DNA of 64,000 nucleotides from Anaerolineae bacterium (GTDB lineage Bacteria > Chloroflexota > Anaerolineae > B4-G1 > DUEL01): assembly GCA_025060135.1 (NCBI GenBank), contig JANXCY010000013.1, positions 2,203-66,202 of the forward strand, written 5' to 3'. Positions 7,862 through 16,990 of the stretch are shown one piece after another. A program made the translations under genes and the position numbers. The first letter of the stretch is position 1; the number at the start of each line of letters is the position of its first letter. Under the pieces are notes generated by a model, which saw nothing but the letters and a program-made list of their open reading frames with translations, was not told the DNA's origin and searched no databases.

Positions 7862-10603
7862 TTACCGTCCCTGCGCGGCCCGCAGGAGCAGACTCCCAAT
7901 CCGGGCCGCATCCTCCGGGATAGAGGCATGCTCCAGGAGGACGGCGACCGCATAGCGGGGCGCGTTCGCCGGCGCGACGCCCAAAAACCAGGCATGGGGC
8001 GGTCGGCCTGCCCCTGCCATCGCCGTCCCCAGGTGGCCAAGGGCATCCGGCGAGAAAGACTCCCAGGCCGCCAGCAGGACGCGCGCTGCATCCGGGGGCA
8101 GGACTTCCCGGGGGCGGCCCGGGACCTCTGGCGTCTGCCATGTCCCATCCGGCGCCTGGACCTCCAGCACCCGGCGCGGCACCGGCATCACCCCGTTGTT
8201 GGCCAGCGTCGCCGCCACCAGCGCCATCCGTAGCGGGGAGACGGTCAGGTCGCCCTGACCGATCGCCTCCCGCGCCGCATCAGCGGACATCCCCGCCACC
8301 CGGGGGGGAGGGGTCGGAAGAGCCGGCGACATGCCCTCCGGAGGTCGCGCCCGGGTTTCAGGAGGCCGTTCTGCGGGCACGGCCTCCATCAACCCCCAGC
8401 GAAGGAAGCCTTCCTCCAGCCTCTCTGGGCCCAGTTGCTCCCCCAGGACGGCGAAAGGGCCCGGGCAGGCGGCCCGCAGCGCGCCGATCATCCAATCTTC
8501 CGGTGAGACCTCCCCCCGGCAGGTTACCGTTACGCCGTTGATGAACAGGGTCGCAGTCAGGTTAGGAGCAGGGTTGTAGAGAGTGGTCAGGCCGCGCCGG
8601 AGGGCCTCCGCCAGGACCACCGTCTCCAGCGCCGCCCCGGGCTGGTAGGGCTGAAGGGCCCGGTTCAGCAACGGGCCGCCCGGGTCCTCCCGTAATTGCT
8701 CCCATTCCTCTTCCAGACGGTTGGGATCAAAGGTCGGCGAGGAGGCCATCGCCAGCACCTCGCCGCTGGAAGCGTCCAGCAGCACCACTGCGCCCGTCCG
8801 GCCCGCCAGGGATTGCGCGGCCAGCCGCTGGAGGACAACGTCCAGTGTCAGCCGCACATCCTGGCCATGGGAAGGGCGATGAAGGAGCGCATCCCATGCC
8901 GTCTCCCAGGCGGAACGGTCGGCCTCGCCGCGCAGGACCCGGTCCCATTCCGCCTCGATCCCGCTGGTGCCGTGGCGCAGACTGGCGTAGCCGACCACCG
9001 GCGCCGCCGTCGGTTCCGGATAGACGCGGGTAACCCACCCGTCTGGACTCACCGTCGCGTCGGCCAGGACAACTCCGTTTCGGTCCAGAATCTGGCCCCG
9101 GACGATGCGTTGCTCGTATTCCACCCGGCGGGGGTTATCCTCCCGCGCTACCAGCCATCCGGCCCGCAGAACCGACCAGTAGCCGCAGGCCAAAGCCAGG
9201 ATGGCCAGGGCGGCGCTCAGTCCCAGGGCCAGGTGGCGAACGGGCCGGACCCACTCGCGATCGCGGGGAGCCGGGGTGGTTCCCCCAGAGACCACCAGGA
9301 GCAGGCCCAGGGCGATGAACGTCGCCAGCAAGGAAGAGCCTCCGTACGAGAGGAAGGGCAGGGTTACCCCGGCAATGGGCACCAGTTTGACGTTCGCGGC
9401 CATGATGATCCAGGCCTGGACTCCCCAACCAGCGGTCAACCCAGCAGCCAGGAATCGCTCAAAGGGGCGGGGGGCCCGCAGGGCGACCCGCAGTCCCCGC
9501 AGCAGGAGAACCCCGTAGAGGGCAATGAGGGCCAGCGTTCCCAGGAGGCCAAACTCTTCGGCAACGGCAGCGAAAACGAAGTCAGTGTGAACGGCAGGGA
9601 TATAGGTAGGGCGGCCCAGGCCCAGGCCCTGGCCGAAAATCCCCCCGGCCCCGAAGGCCAGCAGGCTCTGGACGATCTGAAAGGCTTGGTCAGGGGCAGC
9701 AGGCCAGGGGAAGAGCCATATCTGAATCCGCAGCGCCACTCGCTCGGAGCCATAGTATCCCGCCATCCCGACCAGGAGGAAGAGCGCCAGTCCCCCGATC
9801 AGATACCCCCACTGGCTGGTGGCCAGGTAGAGCATGGCCAGGAAGGTGAAGAAGAGGAGCATCGCGGCGCCCAGGTCCTGCTGCGCGGCCAGGAGGAGAA
9901 GGGTGAGGCCGAACATCACCAGCAACGGGCCGACGTAGGCCAGCGGGGGAAGGTTGAGAGGACCAATGCGGTGTCCCGTCGCCTTCAGGAGTTCCCGCCG
10001 CTCAGCCAGATAGGAGGCCAGGAAGACGACCAGGAGAAGTTTCAGAGGCTCTGAGGGCTGGAAGTACGCGCCGCCGATGCCCAGCCAGAGACGGGGGCCG
10101 GCTCCACCGGGGTTGACGCCCAGGACCAGGGTGGCGGCCAAGAGGAGCAAACCCGCAAAGAGCCAGGTGTAGCGGTAACGGCGCAGCCAGCGCAGGGGAA
10201 CCGGCTCCCGCACCCCGATCTGGACGACGGCGATCATCGCTAGAGTGGAGAGGAGAAGCCAGGTCGCCTGGCGGGGGAGGAAATTGGGTGCCAGACGGGC
10301 CACCATGAGCAGGCCCCAACCGCTCAGGAAAGCGGCCACTGGAAGGAGCAACGGGTCTCGGTGGGGCAGGCAACGGGAGAAAGTGGCGTGGGCAGCGGCA
10401 AAGGAGAGGATGAAAGAAAGGAGCAGGCCAATGGCCCGCGCGAGACCCAGAGCGGGAGAGGCCATCAGCAGGGTGGCCGTGCCTGCCGCCACGAAGAGGA
10501 GGGCCAGCAGGAGCAACCCTCGCTCTCGTCGGACAACGAAGGGCGGATAAGGTTCAGTAGGATCCAACATAGGCGTCAGCCGATCCAGGTATCGCAGACG
10601 CAA
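7862..10603 (-). CDS. SEDS (FtsW/RodA/SpoVE) peptidoglycan polymerase fused to a class-B PBP-like domain whose catalytic motifs are degenerate.
   Basis: The N-terminal ~450 aa is polytopic with the SEDS signature GVTLPFLSYGGSSLL. The C-terminal region aligns with bPBP transpeptidases (NRALQPYQPGAALETVV vs NRAV..EPGSTVKP; IGQGDLTVSPLRMA..ATLANNG; GHLGTA..HAWFLGVAP vs GKSGTA..HAWF.GFAP). SxxK reads AALE, SxN reads AAC and KTG reads HLG. Confidence 0.8.
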   Translation of the reverse strand: MRLRYLDRLTPMLDPTEPYPPFVVRRERGLLLLALLFVAAGTATLLMASPALGLARAIGLLLSFILSFAAAHATFSRCLPHRDPLLLPVAAFLSGWGLLMVARLAPNFLPRQATWLLLSTLAMIAVVQIGVREPVPLRWLRRYRYTWLFAGLLLLAATLVLGVNPGGAGPRLWLGIGGAYFQPSEPLKLLLVVFLASYLAERRELLKATGHRIGPLNLPPLAYVGPLLVMFGLTLLLLAAQQDLGAAMLLFFTFLAMLYLATSQWGYLIGGLALFLLVGMAGYYGSERVALRIQIWLFPWPAAPDQAFQIVQSLLAFGAGGIFGQGLGLGRPTYIPAVHTDFVFAAVAEEFGLLGTLALIALYGVLLLRGLRVALRAPRPFERFLAAGLTAGWGVQAWIIMAANVKLVPIAGVTLPFLSYGGSSLLATFIALGLLLVVSGGTTPAPRDREWVRPVRHLALGLSAALAILALACGYWSVLRAGWLVAREDNPRRVEYEQRIVRGQILDRNGVVLADATVSPDGWVTRVYPEPTAAPVVGYASLRHGTSGIEAEWDRVLRGEADRSAWETAWDALLHRPSHGQDVRLTLDVVLQRLAAQSLAGRTGAVVLLDASSGEVLAMASSPTFDPNRLEEEWEQLREDPGGPLLNRALQPYQPGAALETVVLAEALRRGLTTLYNPAPNLTATLFINGVTVTCRGEVSPEDWMIGALRAACPGPFAVLGEQLGPERLEEGFLRWGLMEAVPAERPPETRARPPEGMSPALPTPPPRVAGMSADAAREAIGQGDLTVSPLRMALVAATLANNGVMPVPRRVLEVQAPDGTWQTPEVPGRPREVLPPDAARVLLAAWESFSPDALGHLGTAMAGAGRPPHAWFLGVAPANAPRYAVAVLLEHASIPEDAARIGSLLLRAAQGR

Positions 10604-10621
10604 TGAGTGTCCATCGGTGTC

Positions 10622-13588
10622 CTACCTCCAGAGCGGGACGGCCTCCCACCTCCGGTCGTCCATCGGGGGGAGCGGGGTCATCCGGAAGCGCTCATAGGCG
10701 ACCAGCGTGGCCCGCACTCTGCCGCCCGTCCAGTCCGCCGGAATCAGGATGAGGTGGCGATCCCGGACCCGGGAGCCTGCAATCCATTTCAGTGTGGGGA
10801 CGGTGCCCAGTGCGGGCTGGCAATCATGCGCGCCCAGGAAGCGGCCCGTCTCGTCCGTCAGTCGAACACTGGTGGCGTCGTCGGTCGTCAGCGCGCGCAG
10901 CCCCACCAGCATCACGTCCACCGTCATCCCCGCGCCTGGAGCGACGGGGGAGGCCCGCACGCCCACCACCGCCATCTCGTCCCCCAGGGGCACAAAGCGG
11001 AGGTCGCCTGGCGGGATGACCAGCGATATCCGCTGCAGGGGCCAGCCCCACGGGCCCGCTGCCGTTCGCACCTGGCCGGGTCCGTCGGTTAGGGAAAGGA
11101 GAAGCAGGCCGCGCACCGTCCCGGGGAGGTCCACCGCGACGGTCTGATATGCGCCCGGGGCGAGGGCCGGGAGGGTGGCAGTCCCCTCCGCCCCGCCGGA
11201 AGCCCGGAGATGCAGAGTCCCGCCCGCCGTCGGGCCGCGCCAGTGGAGATAAACCCGCAAGGTGTCCGGCGCCGTCCGGTCGTAGTCGGCGCCGACCAGG
11301 ACGGGCCCTCCCGCATAGGGAACGCGCTGGGGATGGAGGGTGAAAGGCATACGGGTCGCAGACTCCACGTCCAGTTCGGTCAGAAGGGTGAACGACTCCC
11401 CGCCAGCCGTGAGCAGCGGTTCAAATCCGGCTGCGGAGACGGTGTACGCGCCCAGGAGCAGCCGGTAACGACCGGGCCGGAGAGTAGGGTAGAGAGGAAG
11501 CACCAGCCGCTCCCAGCGAATTTCGCCCGGAGCGACGTCCGTGCCCAGGTAACGGTCGGCCTGGGCCACCTCGCGCCCGTCGGCATCGGCCAGGCGCAGG
11601 GTGAAGGACGGCGCGCGGTCGGAGGGGGCCGTCCGTCTCCAGGCCAGGACAACCTCCAGGGCCTGCCCAGCCCGGAACGGCGGGGCAGGCAAGCGGTATC
11701 CCAGCAACTGGACGCCCTCGGCAAAGGCGATGTCCGTCCGGAAAATGGGCGCAGTGATTTCCCGAGCGGGTCGCCGGTGGAGGCGAAAGCCCCAGCCCAC
11801 CGGCTCAGCGCTGTAACCGGGGAAGTCGTAGAAGTGGGTCAGCAGGAGAGGACGGTCGGTGCCGATCTCTTCCACCCACCGCAGCCAGGTGGCCCCGTAG
11901 TCCTCCCCGACGACGGGATAGACGTACTCCACCCGCACATCGGGACGCCGTCCTTCCACTTGCTGGAGGTACCAGAGCGGGGTCGCCCAGTGCCAGTCGG
12001 CCAGGATGACGGCGCCCGGAGGAGCGGCCTCCAGAAGCGGCCCGACCGTCTGGCGGGTAGATGTATCGGCGGCCAGTTCGGTGATGCTCCAGTGTGCCTG
12101 GAGGTTCAGGACCCCTCCCCAGAGAGCCAGCGCCGCCAGAGGAAGTTGGAGTTTCACCACGAAGACGCGAAGACACGAAGTAAATTGATTATATTTTCTT
12201 TGTGTCTTTGTGTCTTCCTGGTTTGTACGATTTCTCCACCCGGCGGGGAGGAGGCCGACGGAGAGGGCAATCGGGAGGTATGCGGGCATCAGATATTCCA
12301 CCGTTTGAGGGGCCCGGTAGGTCAGGGTAACGTAGGTGTGGAGGAGGAAACTGCCCGCCAGCAGGAGGAAGAGCCGCCAATCTCGCCGGAGGACAGCCAG
12401 CAAGCCCAGAGCCGCCAGGGCCAGGAGGAGGCCGTTGAACTGGAAGGTGAGGAGCGTTGGGAGCAGCGCCAGACGGTGAGGGAAGTCCTGGGGATTGGCA
12501 AAGGCGAACATGTCCCCGGCGAACCCTTTCGCCAGGACGTGCCAGAGGAAGCCCTGGAGGGTATCCAGGTCGGGCGGGGCCAGGGGCGCGCCGGCCGCGC
12601 CGCGAATGGGCAGGTAGGCCAGCGGCACGAGCAGCGCGGCCAGAAAGACCAGGACAGGGCGCCACCACCGGCAGGGTTGCAGGAGCAGGCGGGGGTCCAC
12701 GTTCAGCAGATAGAGGATAAAGAAGACGCCGACGAAGGCCAGGGAGGGATGATGCCCGATACCCAGTCCCAGCGCCAGCGCCAGGAGGAGCAGCGCCTGG
12801 TCCCGCCCACCCATTCCCCATGGGCTCTCCGTTGCGAAGCGGGCTAGGGCGTAAAAGGCCAGGGCGGCGAAGAAGAGGGTGGGCATACGGATGTTGGCGA
12901 TAGCGGCCTGGGCCCAGAAGGTAGTGGCGGAGCCCAGCGTCAGTGCGGCAGCGAGGCCCCCCATGCGGGCCAGGAGGGGGGAGGCGCCCAGGTGGCGGGC
13001 CCAAAGGCGGGTCGCTCGGGCCAGCCAGAGCAGGGTAACGACCGCCATCGGCACGCTCATCAGGTTTAGCCGCAGCGCCGGGGGGCCGATGGGGACCAGT
13101 CGGATGAAGAGATGCCCGGCCATCGTATAGAGGGGGTAACCGGGCGGGTGGGCCACACCCAGGAGCGCGGCGGCCAACTGGAACTCGCCGCTATCGGCGG
13201 GGAGGACGTCCCGGGAAAGCGTGGCCAGGTAGAGGGCCGAAAACAGGACGCAGACTCCCGCGTCGGCCAGATGGTCGGCCTGGCGGTCGGAGAGGAGGGG
13301 CAGGCGAGCGCTCTCCCGCAACGATTCTATGGCCCAGACCAGGCAGGCAATGTTTGCCCATGCCAGAGGCAAAAGCCGCCAGGGCCAGAGGACGGCGACC
13401 AGGAGCACCAGCGCGGACCACCCGGTGATCGGAGCCCGGCGGCGGGTTAGGAGAAATCCCCCCGCCCCTCCGGCCAGTGCCAGTGCCAGGATGAAGCAAA
13501 CCGGCAGGGGAATGTCCGGGATCTCCAGCAGGAAGCGAGCCACTACCAGGCCCAGGAGGATGCCGTAGCCGACGGTGAGCCGACGCAT
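10622..13588 (-). CDS. DUF2723/TMEM260-like GT-C-fold glycosyltransferase (988 aa). The C-terminus carries repeated beta-rich modules.
   Basis: DSGEFQLAAALLGVAHPPGYPLY is the DUF2723 signature. It has more than 10 TM helices. The C-terminus carries about three modules similar to those ending the GT-C array proteins (LLGY...LEVVLAWRR...DGREVAQADRYLG...RPGRYRLLLGAY). An 18-nt gap separates it from the downstream SEDS-PBP gene. Confidence 0.7.
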   Translation of the reverse strand: MRRLTVGYGILLGLVVARFLLEIPDIPLPVCFILALALAGGAGGFLLTRRRAPITGWSALVLLVAVLWPWRLLPLAWANIACLVWAIESLRESARLPLLSDRQADHLADAGVCVLFSALYLATLSRDVLPADSGEFQLAAALLGVAHPPGYPLYTMAGHLFIRLVPIGPPALRLNLMSVPMAVVTLLWLARATRLWARHLGASPLLARMGGLAAALTLGSATTFWAQAAIANIRMPTLFFAALAFYALARFATESPWGMGGRDQALLLLALALGLGIGHHPSLAFVGVFFILYLLNVDPRLLLQPCRWWRPVLVFLAALLVPLAYLPIRGAAGAPLAPPDLDTLQGFLWHVLAKGFAGDMFAFANPQDFPHRLALLPTLLTFQFNGLLLALAALGLLAVLRRDWRLFLLLAGSFLLHTYVTLTYRAPQTVEYLMPAYLPIALSVGLLPAGWRNRTNQEDTKTQRKYNQFTSCLRVFVVKLQLPLAALALWGGVLNLQAHWSITELAADTSTRQTVGPLLEAAPPGAVILADWHWATPLWYLQQVEGRRPDVRVEYVYPVVGEDYGATWLRWVEEIGTDRPLLLTHFYDFPGYSAEPVGWGFRLHRRPAREITAPIFRTDIAFAEGVQLLGYRLPAPPFRAGQALEVVLAWRRTAPSDRAPSFTLRLADADGREVAQADRYLGTDVAPGEIRWERLVLPLYPTLRPGRYRLLLGAYTVSAAGFEPLLTAGGESFTLLTELDVESATRMPFTLHPQRVPYAGGPVLVGADYDRTAPDTLRVYLHWRGPTAGGTLHLRASGGAEGTATLPALAPGAYQTVAVDLPGTVRGLLLLSLTDGPGQVRTAAGPWGWPLQRISLVIPPGDLRFVPLGDEMAVVGVRASPVAPGAGMTVDVMLVGLRALTTDDATSVRLTDETGRFLGAHDCQPALGTVPTLKWIAGSRVRDRHLILIPADWTGGRVRATLVAYERFRMTPLPPMDDRRWEAVPLWR
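12160..12218. repeat. Low-GC palindromic (MITE-like) element inserted in-frame inside the DUF2723 gene.
   Basis: Left arm CGAAGACGCGAAGACACGAAG, an 18-nt AT-rich loop TAAATTGATTATATTTTC, and right arm TTTGTGTCTTTGTGTCTTCC. The arms match at 17/20 as an inverted repeat, and each arm contains a duplicated AAGACAC. The element is about 35% GC in a roughly 68% GC gene. It encodes the hydrophilic peptide RNRTNQEDTKTQRKYNQFTSCLRVFVVK between hydrophobic helices. Confidence 0.4.
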
Positions 13589-13807
13589 CGGGGGAGGTTA
13601 TACCATGATTCCCGCTACGTGCAACTGGAAGCAAGAGGGCCATCTGGCTCCCTCACTTCCGATGAACGGATGAAATCGACAGACACCTCTGGACTTCGCC
13701 TGGGAGGTTGTTGTACAATCATGTTGCCTGTGCAGGGGCGCACCGTTCGAAGAAAGGATCAGCCTTGAGGCCTGATCCGAAGTCGGCCTAATGGTCGGGA
13801 GGGACCG

Positions 13808-14302
13808 ATGAATCACCATTCAGTGATCCTGGTCAGCGCGTGTCTGTTGGGGCTTCCCACTGCGTATCACGGAGGCGGGCACCCGGTGGCGGACCTTATT
13901 CGGCTGGCCGCGCTGGGAGCGGTCATCCCCATCTGTCCGGAGGTCGCGGGCGGACTTCCCATCCCCCGCCCGCCGATGGAGATTGTCGGCGGGAGCGGCG
14001 GCGACGTCCTGGATGGGCAGGCGCGCGTCCTCACAGCGAAGGGAGAGGATGTTACCGATGCCTTCCTGCGAGGGGCCGAGCGGGCGCTGGCGCTGGTCCG
14101 GCGGTACGGCATTCGGCTCGCCGTGATGAAAGCCCGGAGTCCCTCCTGTGGTTCCTTGGCAATTTACGATGGCAGCCACAGGGGACGACTCATCCCTGGA
14201 GAGGGAGTTACCGTGGCCCTTCTGCGACGAGCAGGGGTCCGGGTAGTTTCTGAGGAGGAAGACCGGATAGGGCATCTATTTTCGGCCTCGCTGCTGGAGT
14301 GA
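13808..14302 (+). CDS. DUF523 (YbbK-like) family protein.
   Basis: ILVSACLLG...YHGG...CPEV...KARSPSCG matches the DUF523 / 2-thiouracil desulfurase family pattern. Confidence 0.6.
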   Translation: MNHHSVILVSACLLGLPTAYHGGGHPVADLIRLAALGAVIPICPEVAGGLPIPRPPMEIVGGSGGDVLDGQARVLTAKGEDVTDAFLRGAERALALVRRYGIRLAVMKARSPSCGSLAIYDGSHRGRLIPGEGVTVALLRRAGVRVVSEEEDRIGHLFSASLLE

Positions 14303-14390
14303 ACCGCCTTTCACTGGCCCCAGCGGACATCTATCCGATGGCTTGTGGGGTTGGAGGGGTTATGCTATACTTGTGCAAGCAGCAAGGCCT

Positions 14391-15734
14391 ATGGACCTCT
14401 TTGAACACTTCGGGCAGAAGCGGATTCGGGAAGAGGCACCTCTGGCAGCGCGCATGCGTCCCCGTACCCTGGATGAGTTCATTGGCCAGGAGCACATTCT
14501 GGGGGAAGGGCGGCTGCTGCGCCGGGCCATTGAGGCCGACCGGCTCTTTTCCTCCCTGATTTTCTGGGGGCCGCCTGGCACCGGGAAGACCTCGCTGGCC
14601 ATGATCATCGCCCACACCACCCGCTCCCACTTTGAGACGCTCAGCGCGGTCATGGCGGGTGTGGCCGACATCCGGCGCGTCGTGCAGGAAGCCAAGGAGC
14701 GGCGCGGGATGCACGGGCGGCGAACCCTCCTCCTGATTGACGAAATCCATCGTTTCAACCGCGCCCAGCAGGATGCACTGCTCCCCCACGTGGAGGACGG
14801 AACCATCACCCTGATCGGTTCCACCACCGAGAATCCCTACTTTACAGTCGTTGGGCCCCTCCTCTCTCGCTCTCGGGTTTTCCCGTTCAAGCCCCTGACC
14901 GATGACGAGGTTCGGCTGATCATAGAACGGGCCCTAAGCGACCCGGAGCGCGGCTATGGCCGCCGTGCGGTCCGCGTGGACCCGGAGGCGATGGACCACC
15001 TGGTCCGCATTGCGGGCGGAGATGCCCGGGCTGCGCTGAACGCCCTGGAACTGGCGGTGGAGAGCACCCCACCGGACGAGAGCGGAACGGTTCACATCAC
15101 CCTGGCAGTGGCGGAGGATTCCATCCAGCGGCGTGCCCTGCTCTACGATCGGGCCGGAGACGAGCACTATGACACCATCTCCGCCTTCATAAAGTCTGTT
15201 CGGGGTTCCGACCCGGATGCGGCGCTCTACTGGCTGGCGAAAATGGTCGCCGCGGGAGAGGACCCCCGTTTCATCCTCCGGCGACTGTACATCTTAGCGG
15301 CAGAGGATGTGGGACTGGCGGACCCTCAGGCCGTCGGGGTGGTCAACGCCTGCGCTCAGGCTTTTGAGTGGGTAGGGTGGCCAGAGGGCCAATACCACCT
15401 GGCCCTGGCGACGCTCTACCTGGCCACGGCGCCCAAATCCAACGCCGTCGGCGCATACTGGCAGGCCCTGGCCCACATTGAGGAACATGGCTCGGGTCCG
15501 GTGCCCCTCCACCTGCGGGATAAGTCCGACCTGTTTCATGGCCCGCTGCGGGAGCACTACCGGCAGACCATGGGCCCGAACTTCGGTTATCGCTACCCCC
15601 ACGACGACCCTCGGGGGTGGGTGGAGCAGTCGTACCTCCCCGATGGAGTGGAGGGTGGGTGGTTTCGCCTGAAAGGTCACGGCTACGAACGGGTTATCCT
15701 CCGCCGCCTGCAACGGATGAAGAGACCCCGATAG
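14391..15734 (+). CDS. rarA: Replication-associated recombination protein A (RarA/MgsA AAA+ ATPase).
   Basis: Walker A GPPGTGKTS and Walker B LLIDEIHRFN are present, with the RarA C-terminal domain. The probable start is MDLFEHF at 14391; the ORF track begins at 14343. Confidence 0.85.
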   Translation: MDLFEHFGQKRIREEAPLAARMRPRTLDEFIGQEHILGEGRLLRRAIEADRLFSSLIFWGPPGTGKTSLAMIIAHTTRSHFETLSAVMAGVADIRRVVQEAKERRGMHGRRTLLLIDEIHRFNRAQQDALLPHVEDGTITLIGSTTENPYFTVVGPLLSRSRVFPFKPLTDDEVRLIIERALSDPERGYGRRAVRVDPEAMDHLVRIAGGDARAALNALELAVESTPPDESGTVHITLAVAEDSIQRRALLYDRAGDEHYDTISAFIKSVRGSDPDAALYWLAKMVAAGEDPRFILRRLYILAAEDVGLADPQAVGVVNACAQAFEWVGWPEGQYHLALATLYLATAPKSNAVGAYWQALAHIEEHGSGPVPLHLRDKSDLFHGPLREHYRQTMGPNFGYRYPHDDPRGWVEQSYLPDGVEGGWFRLKGHGYERVILRRLQRMKRPR

Positions 15735-15758
15735 CCATAACGGGAACCAGGAGGTTCT

Positions 15759-16334
15759 ATGAGTGCAATCGCTGTCCCCGCCCTTTACTTTTCCCAACCC
15801 GGCCCCCAGAACACGGATCGGACACTGGAAGCAGCCCATCGGCGGGCTGAAGAACTGGGCATCCGAACCGTTCTGGTCGCCAGCACCACCGGGGAGACGG
15901 GCGCAAAGGCCGTCCAGGTCTTCCAGGGATACAACGTAGTGGTGGTTACCCACTCCACCGGCTTCCGGGCGCCGAACAACCAGGAATTGCGGCCGGAATA
16001 CCGCGCGGCCATTGAGGCTGGTGGTGGACGCATCCTTACTTGCCAGCATGCCTTCGGCGGCATCAACCGGGCCGTGCGCCGGAAACTGAACACCTACCTG
16101 ACCGACGAGATCATCGCCTTTACCCTCCGGAACTTTGGAGAAGGGACCAAAGTCTGCATAGAGATTGCGCTGATGGCGGCCGACGCCGGATTGGTCCGAG
16201 TAGATGAACCCTGCATTGCCATCGCAGGAACGGGTCATGGGGCGGATACGGCCCTGGTCCTGAAGCCCGCTAACGCCCAGGCGTTTTTTGACCTCCGGGT
16301 GATGGAAATCATCGCCAAGCCCCGCCTGGGATAA
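15759..16334 (+). CDS. Pyruvate-kinase C-terminal (alpha/beta) domain-like protein.
   Basis: It is 191 aa. The pattern LVASTTGETGAKAV...VVVVTHS...IALMAADAG resembles stand-alone PK_C-domain proteins. The assignment rests on family recall only. Confidence 0.45.
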   Translation: MSAIAVPALYFSQPGPQNTDRTLEAAHRRAEELGIRTVLVASTTGETGAKAVQVFQGYNVVVVTHSTGFRAPNNQELRPEYRAAIEAGGGRILTCQHAFGGINRAVRRKLNTYLTDEIIAFTLRNFGEGTKVCIEIALMAADAGLVRVDEPCIAIAGTGHGADTALVLKPANAQAFFDLRVMEIIAKPRLG

Positions 16335-16386
16335 ACCCATATGCGCAGACCGCCCGGCCGGAATGTCCGAGGGGAGGAGTGCACCC

Positions 16387-16608
16387 ATGAAGCCGGTTTC
16401 CGAGATGACCTTTGAGGAAGCGTTGACAGAACTGGAAGAGGTCGTCCGAAGGCTGGAAGCAGGCGGGTTAACCCTGGAAGAGAGCCTGGCCCTCTATGAA
16501 CGGGGGCAGGCACTGGCCGCCTATTGCAACCGGCAACTGGACCAGGCGGAACTGAAAGTCAGTCAACTCTCGCCGGACGGCACCCTGCTTCCTTTGGAAC
16601 TGGGATAA
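16387..16608 (+). CDS. xseB: Exodeoxyribonuclease VII small subunit.
   Basis: MTFEEALTELEEVVRRLEAGGLTLEESLALYERG is the canonical XseB sequence. No xseA is adjacent. Confidence 0.75.
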   Translation: MKPVSEMTFEEALTELEEVVRRLEAGGLTLEESLALYERGQALAAYCNRQLDQAELKVSQLSPDGTLLPLELG

Positions 16609-16767
16609 CCTGATAGGGGATCCCACAGACCCGGTAACGGAAAACCAGGCGTGTCAAGCCCTCGGTATGGAGGGGGACTCGTCATACCTTTCTCTTCGGA
16701 AGGCAACCCCCTCTCCCACCACCACTCACTGACCCATCGTGCCGAGCCCGCGCCGGCGCGCGATCGC

Positions 16768-16797
16768 TTGACAAGAGCCCGTACTTCGGTGTATAAT
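16768..16797 (+). promoter_or_regulatory. Strong sigma70 promoter upstream of AOR: TTGACA, 18 nt, TATAAT.
   Basis: -35 at 16768-16773 and -10 at 16792-16797. Immediately upstream lie two adjacent perfect palindromes, CGCGCCGGCGCG (16749-16760) and CGATCG. Confidence 0.6.
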
Positions 16798-16990
16798 AAT
16801 TTCTGAAGTTTGATCTAACGCCACACCCGGCACATTACAGAAAACGCCATACCGGGTTCTCCGACCCACCGCGCTCCCTCCGGGACGAGTGGGCGATACG
16901 GTGTGGGGAGCAATCTCCACGCCCGCCGTGCTTGCAAAGGAGACGCTGAAAGGCGGGCATGTCCCGCCAAAGGGTCTCCTTTTTTATTTA
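16798..16990 (+). promoter_or_regulatory. Structured leader RNA of about 235 nt. It is a candidate riboswitch/attenuator, possibly of the Moco/W-cofactor class, controlling AOR.
   Basis: The leader runs from the promoter to the ATG at 17034. It contains hairpins, including CCCAC...GTGGG. The segment CGCCCGCC (16920-16927) can pair with the 5' half of the terminator stem, giving alternative antiterminator and terminator folds. An SD AGGAGG follows the terminator. Confidence 0.45.
16939..16989 (+). terminator. Intrinsic terminator/attenuator inside the AOR 5' leader.
   Basis: GGAGAC(gcugaaa)GGCGGG(caugu)CCCGCC(aaagg)GUCUCC is followed by TTTTTTATTT. It lies 45 nt upstream of the AOR start codon. 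Confidence 0.55.

Noticed and set aside
8696-10054. Large ORFs on the strand opposite real genes (e.g. 8696..10054, 11210..12847, 17106..18722, 22175..23533, 24406..26067, 30215..31360, 35774..37426, 49522..52065, 59556..61334, 2135..3250).
   Set aside because: Each lies antisense to a gene with clear family signatures. The compositions are dominated by G/R/P/A/Q/E and there are no domain motifs. Open frames of this length are expected by chance at ~68% GC.
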